A stretch of DNA of 63,719 nt, counting the filler, from Lenisia limosa (taxonomy: Eukaryota; Protista; Breviatea), in NCBI GenBank assembly GCA_001655205.1. It is 12 parts of 12 records of this genome, joined end to end, with 100 filler letters (N's around TTAATTAATTAA, not from the genome) between each part and the next. Parts side by side here need not be neighbours in the genome. Positions count along the whole stretch, not along the records: positions 52,289 to 57,109 come from LPNZ01009889.1; positions 57,210 to 62,234 come from LPNZ01006939.1; positions 62,335 to 63,719 come from LPNZ01008400.1; 9 more parts are not named here. One strand, given 5' to 3'. The notes below the pieces were generated by a model that saw nothing but the letters and a program-made list of their open reading frames with translations, ran no database searches and was not told where the DNA came from. This document shows, piece after piece, positions 52,400-63,719 of this stretch. Each line of letters starts with the position of its first letter. The first letter of the stretch is position 1. The translations under genes were made by a program, and so were the position numbers.

Positions 52400-55300
52400 G
52401 AAAGAGGTGAAAAAAAATGAATACCCAAATTTCGAAAAACCCTTCCAACCTTCGTTTGACTAATTGATCCATTCGGCGGTAAAAGGAGTAGCGGATGTCC
52501 AAAAATGCGTCTGTCTCTAAGCACNNNNNNNNNNNNNNNNNNNNNNNNNNNNNNNNNNNNNNNNNNNNNNNNNNNNNNNNNNNNNNNNNNNNNNNNNNNN
52601 NNNNNNNNNNNNNNNNNNNNNNNNNNNNNNNNNNGAAAATTTATGAAACAAAACAAAAAGAAAAATCAAGTTACAACGAAGAAATATTGATTACTTTAGC
52701 TCCCATCCAAGAGAGCTCCGATTAAAAGCCAATCAAAACTTTGGGTGGTCATCCAACATATATAATACTAGTATGGCCTGACCTCATGACCCCATGAATA
52801 AGCGTGATTAAAAGCCCATCAAATCTTTGCTCTCTTGATTTATTTTTTTAACAAGAGAAATACTATATAATATATGCATATACATAGTTTATATCATATG
52901 TATATATATCTATGTATTCTATATACTACATGTACATGTACTATATACATTAATTCTTGGGAAACAAATGAGTACCTCTCCCTTCCCCCCACTTTCGCTC
53001 CATAAACGCGCGACAGGGTTGGTTCATCGCGGTAATAGGACACAAAATGAGCGCCAATTGCAAGAAATGTGGGCGAAATCGTGTCTGGACAAAAGTTAAT
53101 ATCGGGGGGGGGGGGGNNNNNNNNNNNNNNNNNNNNNNNNNNNNNNNNNNNNNNNNNNNNNNNNNNNNNNNNNNNNNNNNNNNNNNNNNNNNNNNNNNNN
53201 NNNNNNNNNNNNNNNNNNNNNNNNTGAAAACTTAAAAATGGGGATTTTAAAATGTTAAAGTTGGGGGTCATACAACAATGTGAAAAAAATAGGTAGGCTC
53301 CCAACAATTAATTTTGAGCATTGTTGATACAAAGGCTAACAAGAGGGGAATAATGTCAAAAACAAGCAAAAATTGACCAAACAATTTGATTTTGGCTACG
53401 GGAAAAATCATCAGTTTTAGGGTCACTAGGCCCCCACCCCGTACCTTGGGGCTCGAACTGCGAAAGATCCATGTACTCCCACAACGCATCACAGCACTTC
53501 GCAAACTCAGGCGAGCTGGGGAGGAGGAGGTAAAATGTGAAAATTTATGAAACTAAAAAAAGGCCCAAAATCAACACTTTGGATGACAACACACGAGGAT
53601 TGATAACAACAAAACANNNNNNNNNNNNNNNNNNNNNNNNNNNNNNNNNNNNNNNNNNNNNNNNNNNNNNNNNNNNNNNNNNNNNNNNNNNNNNNNNNNN
53701 NNNNNNNNNNNNNNNNNNNNNNNNNNNNNNNNNNNNNNNNNNNNNNNNNNNNNNNNNNNNNNNNNNNNNNNNNNNNNNNNNNNGGGCGCCCACTTTGGGC
53801 TCTGTCTCAGCAGGAAGCGAGCGGTGATTTCTATTTCGTAGTCGGCTTTGAAGTCGGGCAGCGTGATGCTGCATTCGTCGCCTTCTTCAAAGAGTACCAC
53901 AAAGTCCAGCATCCGAAGACGTGATTCTATATTGTTACGGTATTTAAAGTAGGGCTCTATGCGGTCTTTTTCGGACTGTTGGGAAACCATATCCCATAAC
54001 TTCTCTTACCCTCAGCTTACCACAGAGAGTTCCCTCCCCCCCCTCACGGATCGTTTTATACGCCAAAAATGGGGTGATCAAAAACGGCACGATCTGAGCC
54101 GCTGAGACGGCAGCCACGGAGAGGTCCTGGAAATGGGCTAAAACCGGGACCAAGGCCACAAATGCTACTCCCGCGAGGAAAGAAGATACCTGGGGGAAGG
54201 CGGATTACATTACATTAAAATGGAGGATTAACGGGTGAAATCAGGGTCAATAATAATGGGAAACGATTTTTCAGGGGGGAGGGGCATCCCATCCATCCAA
54301 AAACAATATTAAATCAATGACATAGAAATGCAAAATAAAAAAACAAGACTGTATCTGATCGAAGCCGTCCACACCAAGAACTCTCCAATTCCCCTTCACA
54401 ACACCTCTAACAAAAAAACAGAACAATCCAAGCTCCCCTTCCCGCCAACAGCAATATTAGTTAGAACTTTGAAGTACGGCACTCTGCATGCGACAAACAC
54501 GGCCAGTAGTAAAAACATTAGAGCGCACGCACTCTGAACTTCATAACCTGGGGGGGGGGGGGNNNNNNNNNNNNNNNNNNNNNNNNNNNNNNNNNNNNNN
54601 NNNNNNNNNNNNNNNNNNNNNNNNNNNNNNAACAAACTTAGGTTGTTAACAACAAAACAAACAAGGCTCAATAGTACAACTTGTAATTAATTAGTAAATT
54701 TGGAGCAATTTGAATTTGAAACTATTTTTACCAAAACCTATTTTCAGACTCTGAGTATTTATTATTAAAATCTAATCCACAACACATGAAGGTTTCGGCC
54801 AGATACTCAAATTTAAAAGCCTACTTTTAAACATTTATTACACAAAAAACAACCATTCCAATCCCCTACAATCCCAGCAGCCTACTTTTATTAATAAAAA
54901 TCCGAGTAGAGGTGGCTAGGGTGATTACCGCCAAAGTAATCAAGGTATGCATTCGACTGAGCGCACAGGCGAAAAAACGAGGCGACCTCTGCGTCGAATT
55001 AGATTTTCGGCTTGCAAGATTTCTTCTTTTTTGTTTTCACCAGGTACTCCCCACACCCACACTACGGTGTAAAACTTGGGAATTCCCGTATTTTACATGG
55101 GAATCCCATGTAATTTTATGGAAATTGGAAGAAATTTATGGGATTGCTAAATACTATCAGGGAATCCCAAGTCCATGCGCCGTAGAGCACAACCACACCG
55201 CTCTTTTTCGAACCGAAGTGAAGCCCTAGGTATTAGGGGGGATGGATGGTAATATTGTTTTTACTAGAGTTTGTCCTTTTTTTATGACTATACGTTTTTT

Positions 55301-57050
55301 TACAGGAGTTTTTGGCCCCCTCCCCTCCATATCCCACACTTCTAATTATATCCTTCACCAACCAGCCAACACATCAATCTCCCATTATCCCTCATCGTTT
55401 CGTTCATACCCCCCCTTCCCACGGGATTATCATCAAATTGAAAGAGGGCAAAAGCGAGGACCATCAAGGAGTAGATCACCAAGATTACGGCACTCTAAAG
55501 AAGTGTCATTACATGAATAATTCAAAAAAGGGGGTGACAACATCTAGAGTTACAAAAAAAAGTGGTATTACTGTGAACAATATTAAAGATACATTCAATC
55601 AAAACTGAAATCAACCTAGTATTTAACAAGGAAAACACAAATACCCTCCATTCCCCTACCGCAGAAACAAGCAACAGGCGCGAAGATGAAAAACATTGAA
55701 CGTCGGTGAACACTGCATGTGTGATTGGCGAAGTCCAGTAGTTACAGGAGAGGGGATGCACCAAAAGTTGAACTAAAGTGAGGTTAAAATTAATGGACGA
55801 GGAAAAATTGGAGATCACAAAACATTTACGAACCATTGGAGGGGGGAGGGGTGAAATTGTAAAATTTATGAAACAAGAAAAGCCCAAAATCAACTCTGTT
55901 GGCTGACAACACACGAGGGTNNNNNNNNNNNNNNNNNNNNNNNNNNNNNNNNNNNNNNNNNNNNNNNNNNNNNNNNNNNNNNNNNNNNNNNNNNNNNNNN
56001 NNNNNNNNNNNNNNNNNNTAAAGCGTACGAATGGGAATGGCCAAGAGAGTCATGACGCATTTGAGGTAGTACGACAGAATAGTCAGCCGCGTGCTGATCT
56101 TTCGGATCTTTTGCGACATGGACTGGGGGGTGGGGGGAGTAAACGTAAGAAAGTTATAAAAATGGAATGAAGGGATAGGGAAACATTGGAAATTTTGTTG
56201 ACAAACAAAAAAAAAACCCAAATCAACTCTGTTAGCTGACAAAACACACAACAAAAAAAAGGCCAGTCGCTTCAGTAGCACCGCATCCCATCACTCCAGC
56301 GTACAGTAAAAATGGGAAAACTTATAAAAGANNNNNNNNNNNNNNNNNNNNNNNNNNNNNNNNNNNNNNNNNNNNNNNNNNNNNNNNNNNNNNNNNNNNN
56401 NNNNNNNNNNNNNNNNNNNNNNNNNNNNNNNNNNNNNNNNNNNNNNNNNNNNNNNNNNNNNNNNNNNNNNNNNNNNNNNNNNNNNNNNNNNNNNNNNNNN
56501 NNNNNNNNNNNNNNNTCCCCCATTCACCATGCACTCTATCGATGTGTACACAATGGTGAATAGCACCAGAGCAATCTGAACAAGTAAGACGAAATACCAT
56601 GATGATAATAATACTACGACGCATCAACTTGGGATTATTCAGCATACATGAGGCACATTGACTTGAGATTCTTACAGAATTTAGGAATCCCAGAAATTTA
56701 TTTAGACTTCTATAATTACATCGGATTCACATGCCAACAGTCATAAGAATCTCAAGCCAATTCTGCATATACTATCATAATGTTTCCTATAATAGTATGA
56801 TATATAGCTAAGAAAAAAGGTATAATTATAACAATAACCCTTGTTGTTACTTCCACCCTTTTTGAGAACTTGATCAGAATTTTTTTTTCCTCCACCCATT
56901 GTTTGACCACCCTCCAAAACCAAAATACCCCAAACCCTACGGCGGCGAGTGTCCAGTTGTCCGCCGTCTTCAGCTGGAAAGATCCATCCCAAACGGTCAC
57001 GCGGAGATACTTCGTCAAGTCCGTCTAGATCGTGAAATCAATGTTTGAAT
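52400..57050 (-). CDS. Hypothetical multi-pass membrane protein with soluble C-terminal part, fragment
   Basis: Hydrophobic exons: IALVLFTIVYTSIECM, RLTILSYYLKCVMTLLAIP, HTLITLAVITLA, ACALMFLLLAVFVAC, VSSFLAGVAFVALVPVLA. Then polar exons: LWDMVSQQSEKDRIEPYFKYRNNIESRLRMLDFVVLF, SPEFAKCCDALWEYMDL, AFLDIRYSFYRRMDQLVKRRLE. Confidence 0.55.
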
Positions 57051-57519
57051 TAGGGCTCCGTGCAATTAGTTGAAACATAATTTCAAATTCTGAAGTCGGA
57101 CATTTGTAANNNNNNNNNNNNNNNNNNNNNNNNNNNNNNNNNNNNNNNNNNNNTTAATTAATTAANNNNNNNNNNNNNNNNNNNNNNNNNNNNNNNNNNN
57201 NNNNNNNNNGGTAACAACAAAACAAACAAAGCCCAGGTCAGTCGCTTCTGCAGCACCGCATCCCATCGAAGTTTATGATGAGATAGAAGGTATATACGAT
57301 ATGATCGTGGGAAAACAAACAAACAAAAACAAAGTGCCTGGGGGGTGAAGTTGTGCGGACAAAGTAATACGAAGGGAATTGCAATAAAATAACTTTGTAG
57401 CATCACTAAATTATATAAAACCTTACAAAAAAGCACATAAATGTCTGAAAAATAGGAATTACGAATATAAATATTAACCCCCCCCCTCATACCCTCGGGT
57501 GCTACAATAGCCGGGCAGA

Positions 57520-60400
57520 AGAATCGAAGGAAAATCAGTGCACCAACACTCTTCTTTTGCTGCGGAGGTAAGATTGATTACATAATCAGTCAATTGTGCC
57601 AACTAAATGAACTTGTAAAAGAAAATAGATGAAAAGAAAACAAATTTATCGAAAAATCCTCGTGATCTTTTTCACACATGAGAGAAGATCCCAAAAAATA
57701 TAGGCCAAACCAAAGTCTTTCCTTCTTTCTTTTCCCTTCCTTTTCCTCCTTTTCCCCCTTCTTTTCCCTTCCTTTTCTTTATTTCTTACTTTTCACTTCC
57801 TTTTTTCCTTTCTTTCTTTTGTTCTTTCTTTGCTTCTATGAGTATTTCAGTACACACACAATTACCCCCCCCCCCCACCACTCCTTTCAGGGGAGACGCA
57901 AGGATGTTGTCATGTACTGTACGCATTACCCAGGCAAACAAGGCCGGTGTACGGTGAACTGAACTGCAGAAAGTCACTCGAATTAAGCAGGCACCTTCTT
58001 TTTGGAAGAATAAGACAATACCATATGATACTATTTAGGGATTCCTTGCTGTCCGAAAAAGACCAGCAAAAAATATCGATATTTAGAGAGGAATTTTTGA
58101 GAAATTCAATCTTTTTTTGGGACCGTTGGGAAGCCCTAATTATAATCAATGTTCACCCCTCACAATCCAGCCCAAGACAAAGACCCCTCAACCCCCCCTT
58201 TTATGCCAATATTCTTCATAACACAGTGGCCGCGATGAGTTTTATCTTTAGTTAGGACTAGGGCTTCACTTCGGTTCGAATAATACCAGGAAAATATCAA
58301 TAGTTTTCAAGGATTTAACAAAATATCAGTCTTTTTTTGAACTAAAGTGAAGCTTAAATTAGGACTTATCGCGGTCACTACAACCAGGTGATACTATGTA
58401 GAAATGAGAAAATATCTGGCCGAAGCCGTCCACCCCATTTTAATAACGGAGTACGCTGCCACCTCTATCATGCCATCCCTTTTAAACTGCTATCATAATC
58501 ACCATAAAGCCTGGGGGNNNNNNNNNNNNNNNNNNNNNNNNNNNNNNNNNNNNNNNNNNNNNNNNNNNNNNNNNNNNNNNNNNNNNNNNNNNNNNNNNNN
58601 NNNNNNNNNNNNNNNNNNNNNATTGCTCCCAATAATATCTCAGTAGTCCCAGGTTATGTGTACTGTCCTGATTTCAATAGAAATATCCGCAAGTCCGTTC
58701 GCGGTTGACAGGGCCGGGCCGTAGTTTTATGAGACAAGAATTTTGCAAGGTAAAAATACAAGAACACGCACCTCTCCGCCCATCTTTGGCATAAATAGTA
58801 CATCATATAATAAATGACTTGTTTCACCAGCACAGCAAAATGGGGAGTAAGTTTACTTTATACAAGGGAATAGTTATTCAATTTTAAAAAAAGATACGGG
58901 GGAAATGATGCTCAAAGCTCACCTTTTTTTACAGTAAAGTCTCTATTGAAACTAGGATCAGCTCAGGAATACCCACCCACTCCCAAATCGCAGAGAGCAC
59001 AACGGAGCAAGTAAGTTTCAGTGCTTCTGCGTTTTTGAAGATAATACTGCTGTCTTCACTATCAAGCTGGAGGGGTGAGATGAAGGAAATTCAGATGATA
59101 CTACTTGACTATAGTGAAGGAAATTTCAATGAAGAATACTGGCTCAAGTTACAAGAAATAATATGAAATTCCAAAAAAAAAAAAAAAAGGGGGGGGGNNN
59201 NNNNNNNNNNNNNNNNNNNNNNNNNNNNNNNNNNNNNNNNNNNNNNNNNNNGGGCAACAATCGTTAAAACTAGACAAACACAAAAAAAGGGCAACAATCG
59301 TTAGAACTAGAACTAATGACAAACACAAAAACAGGAGAGGGGGTTGCATCTTTGAATTAAAAAAAAAAAAGTTCAAAACCCTGGTAAAATGTTTGTTTAT
59401 CACGAACAAGAACTTGGAATACCAAAATGCTTTGGAAACTGGAATAATAGGGAGATGTGAGCTATTTGATTGTTGCTGAAAGTAAGAACGTAGAATTTTT
59501 TGGGTAAATGAGACAATGTTATAATGCATGCATAATGAAATTAACGGTGAATAATAATGGTTGATATATTCGTCCATAATTGCTGTTTCTTGGTTGTATT
59601 TTTGATCGTCTAGCAGCTTTGAGATTATGTGTGCCACAGAATTTTATTGGAATAGAAGCACTTGGAACTCTTCTTTCAATCACTGTCTACACCAGCACCA
59701 CTTGTTTCCAGAAGGACAAGACAAATGCAAATAGTGAACCCCTGATGGCGCTCAAGCGTGTGACCTATACTCAACCTTCTAGGCTTTCTAATGTATATTA
59801 TTTCTCTTGTTCAAAAAAGAACCTCTCATAGCCGCAATCAAGGGGGAAAGCAGGCCACCCCTAGAAAACCCTAAAATGAGCTTCAAATCGCATTTACCTC
59901 CACTTTAGTCGCACTTCCCCGATATCACACACGTCGGGCCATGTCACCCAGAATAAAGCAAGAAGCTGCTTACATGGATGGGGTCAAGCTCCAGATCGAC
60001 ACCAGAAGTGAGAATGTGCGTAATAGGGGGGTTGAGGACATCGCGCAGGTACTTAGCGCCAGTTTGGGTGAAAAAAGAAGAAATAAGTTTGATGTTCAGG
60101 GAAATACCTGCATTGTGAGAGTAATTAATAGAAAGTGTGCCAAAAACAAGGGCCCACCTCTGAAAAGAGTGTTTGGATCTGTGGTGGAGAGAATCTCGTT
60201 TTTAGAAGTTCTGTTGATAAGGTCCACGGTTTGCTTTGATGCTTCGAATAGGTGAATCAATGCCTATTGATTCATGAGAAAAAAGAAAAACTTTCCAAAC
60301 CTTGGCGATAATGTCCTGCTCAGTCGGAGCTGCTGCTGCACATAGTGCGTCAACGATCTAAAGTCATGACTACATTCATGAAGAAGGTCAAACCTCCAAA
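57520..60400 (+). CDS. Hypothetical multi-exon protein, poorly resolved
   Basis: Short splice-bounded segments (KVTRIKQAPSFWKNKTIP, FCVFEDNTAVFTIKLEG, IKQEAAYMDGVKLQIDTRSEN). Frames could not be chained with certainty. Confidence 0.3.
58258..58355. mobile_element. MITE family B copy
   Basis: CTAG|GGCTTCACTTCGGTTCGAA ... CAGTCTTTTTTTGAACTAAAGTGAAGC. Confidence 0.7.
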
Positions 60401-60639
60401 TCGCGGTCCAAGATAAGACTGGCGAACGATTTCATTGGTGATAATGCTCCGGCCGGAGCGTCTACTCTACTATGTGTGCTACTGTTGGTATTAGATAGAA
60501 AATCAAGGTATATAGCTTTGCTTGGCTTGCATAAATTTTTTTGGAAAATTAAAAATTTTCCTCTAATACTGAATGGCGTCTGCGCGCAACGCTGCTATTT
60601 AAATAAATTTGGTTTCCGAAAAATTGCGCGTAAACCAGT

Positions 60640-61937
60640 ATGAAGCTCCTTGTCGTGTGTTTTGCTCTCTTTGCTCTCATCTTTTCGGCTATGGCCGAAG
60701 AGTTAGATATCACTGTTGACGTAAGAGTTGTCTTCTGAAGAAACATGGCCTTACATCGTGTAGTTCAAGCCAACTGACTGCCCTCGTCTCTCAAAAAACG
60801 GCGACAAGCTTTCTATGTAGGTTCCAATCACCTCTTCTTCAATTTCGCTTTCGTAGTTCACCCCTGTGGTGCTCCAGAACTTCCCCCAACGTTATTTAGG
60901 CATTACACCGGTACTCTCCTCTCAGGCAAGAAGTTTGACTCATCTCGCGATCGCAACCAACCTTTCGAGTGTATGTTGATGAACATGGGTTTTTTTTTTG
61001 AGAGCCAGGGTGATAGTCTTTTTACAAAATCTAGGGAAATAAATAAATGAAATGTAATATTGGATGACCCTAGGGGACAAACTTATTTATAACTCTTGGA
61101 TGACCACGGTAGTGTGGACCGGTTTATTTTGGGGGGAATCAAAGAATAAATTGGTCTTTCTTGGCCAGTGTATGTAGAAAAATAAAAAAAGGTAGTATCT
61201 GGCCGAAGCCGTCCACATCATCAGATATTGGATTTTTGTGTATTATATTTAAATCACCCATCATTTGCCTAACAACTCTGTGCACACAGCTTTCTGCATC
61301 ACCCCTCCTCCCAACTTTTTGCCTTCTTTTTAGTTCAGCCCTTCCACCCTCTGGTTTTTAATTACTTGTTTTCCAATCCACTCACCCTCATTTTTTACTT
61401 ACTTTTTAGTTCAACTTGGTGCAGGACGTGTCATCCAAGGCTGGGAAAAGGGCCTCCAGGAAATGTGCATCGGTGGGGGGGGGGGGNNNNNNNNNNNNNN
61501 NNNNNNNNNNNNNNNNNNNNNNNNNNNNNNNNNNNNNNNNNNNNNNNNNNNNNNNNNNNNNNNNNNNNNNNNNNNNATTTATCGAGGGTCACCCTCAAAC
61601 CATTATATTTTACCTCAATCTCCATTACTCAACATATGGATTATTTACCTATCCCGGTTACTCACCATCACGCAGAAGTTGTAAGAAAAATGATTGGGTG
61701 AATTAGTATTATTCTATAATTCACTATCTCTTATAAGAGCGATGGTGAGGACGGCTTCTGCTAGATACAAACTTGTTTTTTTATTTCTCATTGCTATACT
61801 CACCATCATATTTTACCACAATCTCCATTACTCAAAAGAAGTATGGATTAGCTCTTTATTAACCCGGCCCGCAGGCGAGAAGCGCACACTCCGCATCCCT
61901 CACGAGCTTGCCTATGGCGAACGCGGCTTCCCCCCAG
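60640..61937 (+). CDS. FKBP2: ER-type FK506-binding peptidyl-prolyl isomerase (FKBP2/FKBP13-like), last exon(s) missing
   Basis: Signal peptide [19 protein letters not shown]. Then [16 protein letters not shown]|[45 protein letters not shown]|[20 protein letters not shown]. Confidence 0.95.
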
Positions 61938-62334
61938 GTATGTTTATTTTGGCAATATGGCCCCTTTTTTCTGGTCTGGGTTCTTGTAACCCCCAGATTA
62001 TTCGGTTCGTGATTAGTACCTTCATGCTAATATTCTTCATCCAAATGCCCTTTGTTGTGCGTTTGGGTGATCGAGCGGTGGTGGGACTCTTCAAAGGCTG
62101 GCTTTTTGTTTTTGTGTCATCTAGTTTTAGCGTTGGTTGCTCGTGTTTGTTACTTTTTGTTTGTTTGGAGTTGTAGATTATTCTGTTCGTGATTAGTACC
62201 TTTACGCCAATATTCTTCATCGAAATTTCCTTCGNNNNNNNNNNNNNNNNNNNNNNNNNNNNNNNNNNNNNNNNNNNNTTAATTAATTAANNNNNNNNNN
62301 NNNNNNNNNNNNNNNNNNNNNNNNNNNNNNNNNN

Positions 62335-63530
62335 TCTTCCAAAAGAAGCTTGAAGTTCAACTCCGCGAACGTGGGAGGGATGGGCTTCTAATATCTTATT
62401 ATGGTATGAGTTGCCAAGCCGTATCCGTGGCTTGTCATATTGAGAGAGCACTCACCAACTCATCTGAAGCCACATAAGGTTTGAGTCTTCATAATGAAAA
62501 ACAGTTTTTTTTGTCAAAATGCCATTTTGGTGTCGGTGTTGAGTCCTCTGGAAGAAACATCGCCATATGCTCCGAATGCTATCCCCATGCTTTCACCGAA
62601 GCATTCAAGTTCCTAGAGTTGTGTGCTATGCCTAATTCAAATGCAAGCATTCATATAATTTCAGTATATCGCCAATGGCCATGCACACGCGTCCTCTTTG
62701 TAAATTATTGGGAGATGGCTTCTCTGAGCGCCTTGAAATCTAACAACGGGTTGAATGGTCTGACGTGCAATTAAGTTCCGCCCTGTTGTATTTGCCAAGG
62801 TATAATGGGTTTTCCTCGGTAACGCTGTATCTGCATATCAAAAAAAAAAGCTGGCTTTCTTGTTCTTTATATCTGTCAACGCATCTCCTCATATTCTATC
62901 AAGAAAGATATGGGCCTACAATGAGGTCCGCCTTCGGTACCCCGGAATCCCTCTTTTCGACAACGTGGAACAGTTTATACGAGGCCTCTTCAAGGTTTGG
63001 AATTAATTAATTTGCATGGTGGTGACACGACGAAACATTGTGTAATACAAGTAGTTCGTGTCTTACTTTTTGTGATATCGAAAAACGTTGGTGTTCTTAT
63101 TCGTGATTGTATTTTTTTTCTCCCTCTCTCACGGAGTGGAAAGATGGCGTTGTATTCGCAACGCAAATGAGACAGGAAAACACATCGTCTGGTACGGAGA
63201 TGATGGGTTGGTAAAAATATGTTTTTGCTTCTCTTTTCTCACGAGTGTTTTATTTGTGCACCTTCAATTCCCCCGTTCCGAACTCTATCCCTAACCCTAA
63301 CTAACATGCAAACATCCAAACTTTACTTCGTAGCGTGTACATGACGATTACCCCATGTCGAACAGAAAAGTGTACAGAATTGAAAAGCAAAACAAAGGGG
63401 GGAGGGGGAGGGGTCAGCTTGTTGCTGATAAATGAAGACAATCAATAAAGACTAATGGCGAGCAGTTTGACCAACCATGGACTTCTTTGCGATTGCCAGA
63501 GGATCAAGACTTTGCGCCTGGGTGTCAAAT
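62335..63530 (+). CDS. Exon fragments of an unidentified gene
   Basis: Segments FQKKLEVQLRE, KIWAYNEVRLRYPGIPLFDNVEQFIRGLFK and TNGEQFDQPWTSLRLPEDQDFAP are bounded by AG/GT. Confidence 0.4.
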
Positions 63531-63719
63531 AATGTGAAAATGAACAATGAAACAGACGAGTATTTGTTCCATCATGCTTATGATCGAGTCAGACAGGCAC
63601 GTAGATGTGAAATGCATCAGAGATATACGGCTGTCAAGACAGTTTAATTCTGCAATATATATATATGCTAGGCAACCTAAACTCCGTATTTTATTCAAAA
63701 CTCCGTATTCTATTTTTAT

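Noticed and set aside
44590-62234. Functional clustering of LDHD, SF1, FKBP and LeuRS
   Set aside because: Only LDHD and SF1 share a piece (ordinary head-to-head pair); the rest are separated by artificial spacers.
27069-62290. Recurring TTAATTAATTAA as a biological repeat or CRISPR-like array
   Set aside because: It is always centred in the same length of N, is a six-frame stop palindrome, and truncates genes, so it is an artificial joiner.

Overview
Draft nuclear genome sequence of an AT-rich, intron-rich unicellular eukaryote; the lineage cannot be fixed from the window alone. Bases 1-27,024 are gene-dense with short GT-AG introns. They carry a secreted orphan, a helical orphan, a Pat1-like decapping activator, RPS5/uS7, two coiled-coil genes, a Pro-rich orphan, ChaC, a MARK/Kin1 kinase and the 5' part of an AT-1/SLC33A1 acetyl-CoA transporter. 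From 27,025 onward the sequence is a chain of short pieces joined by 11 identical artificial spacers (about 44 N + TTAATTAATTAA + about 44 N). Genes are cut at these spacers: LeuRS, D-lactate dehydrogenase, SF1/BBP, an ER FKBP and several orphans. These pieces have longer introns filled with small repeats: two hairpin MITE-like families, a 30-60 bp dispersed motif, a decayed LINE (RNase H + zf-RVT), and two repeat families that lie on the host gene's sense strand just upstream of 3' splice sites. The best candidate for a new system is this strand-locked 'mobile 3' splice module'. It occurs alongside GT-poly(G)...poly(C)-AG intron ends, a five-copy array of 5' splice sites, and an SF1 whose U2AF-binding motif has Phe instead of Trp. 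No rRNA, intact tRNA or CRISPR array was seen. Gene models were built by eye, so exon limits are approximate.
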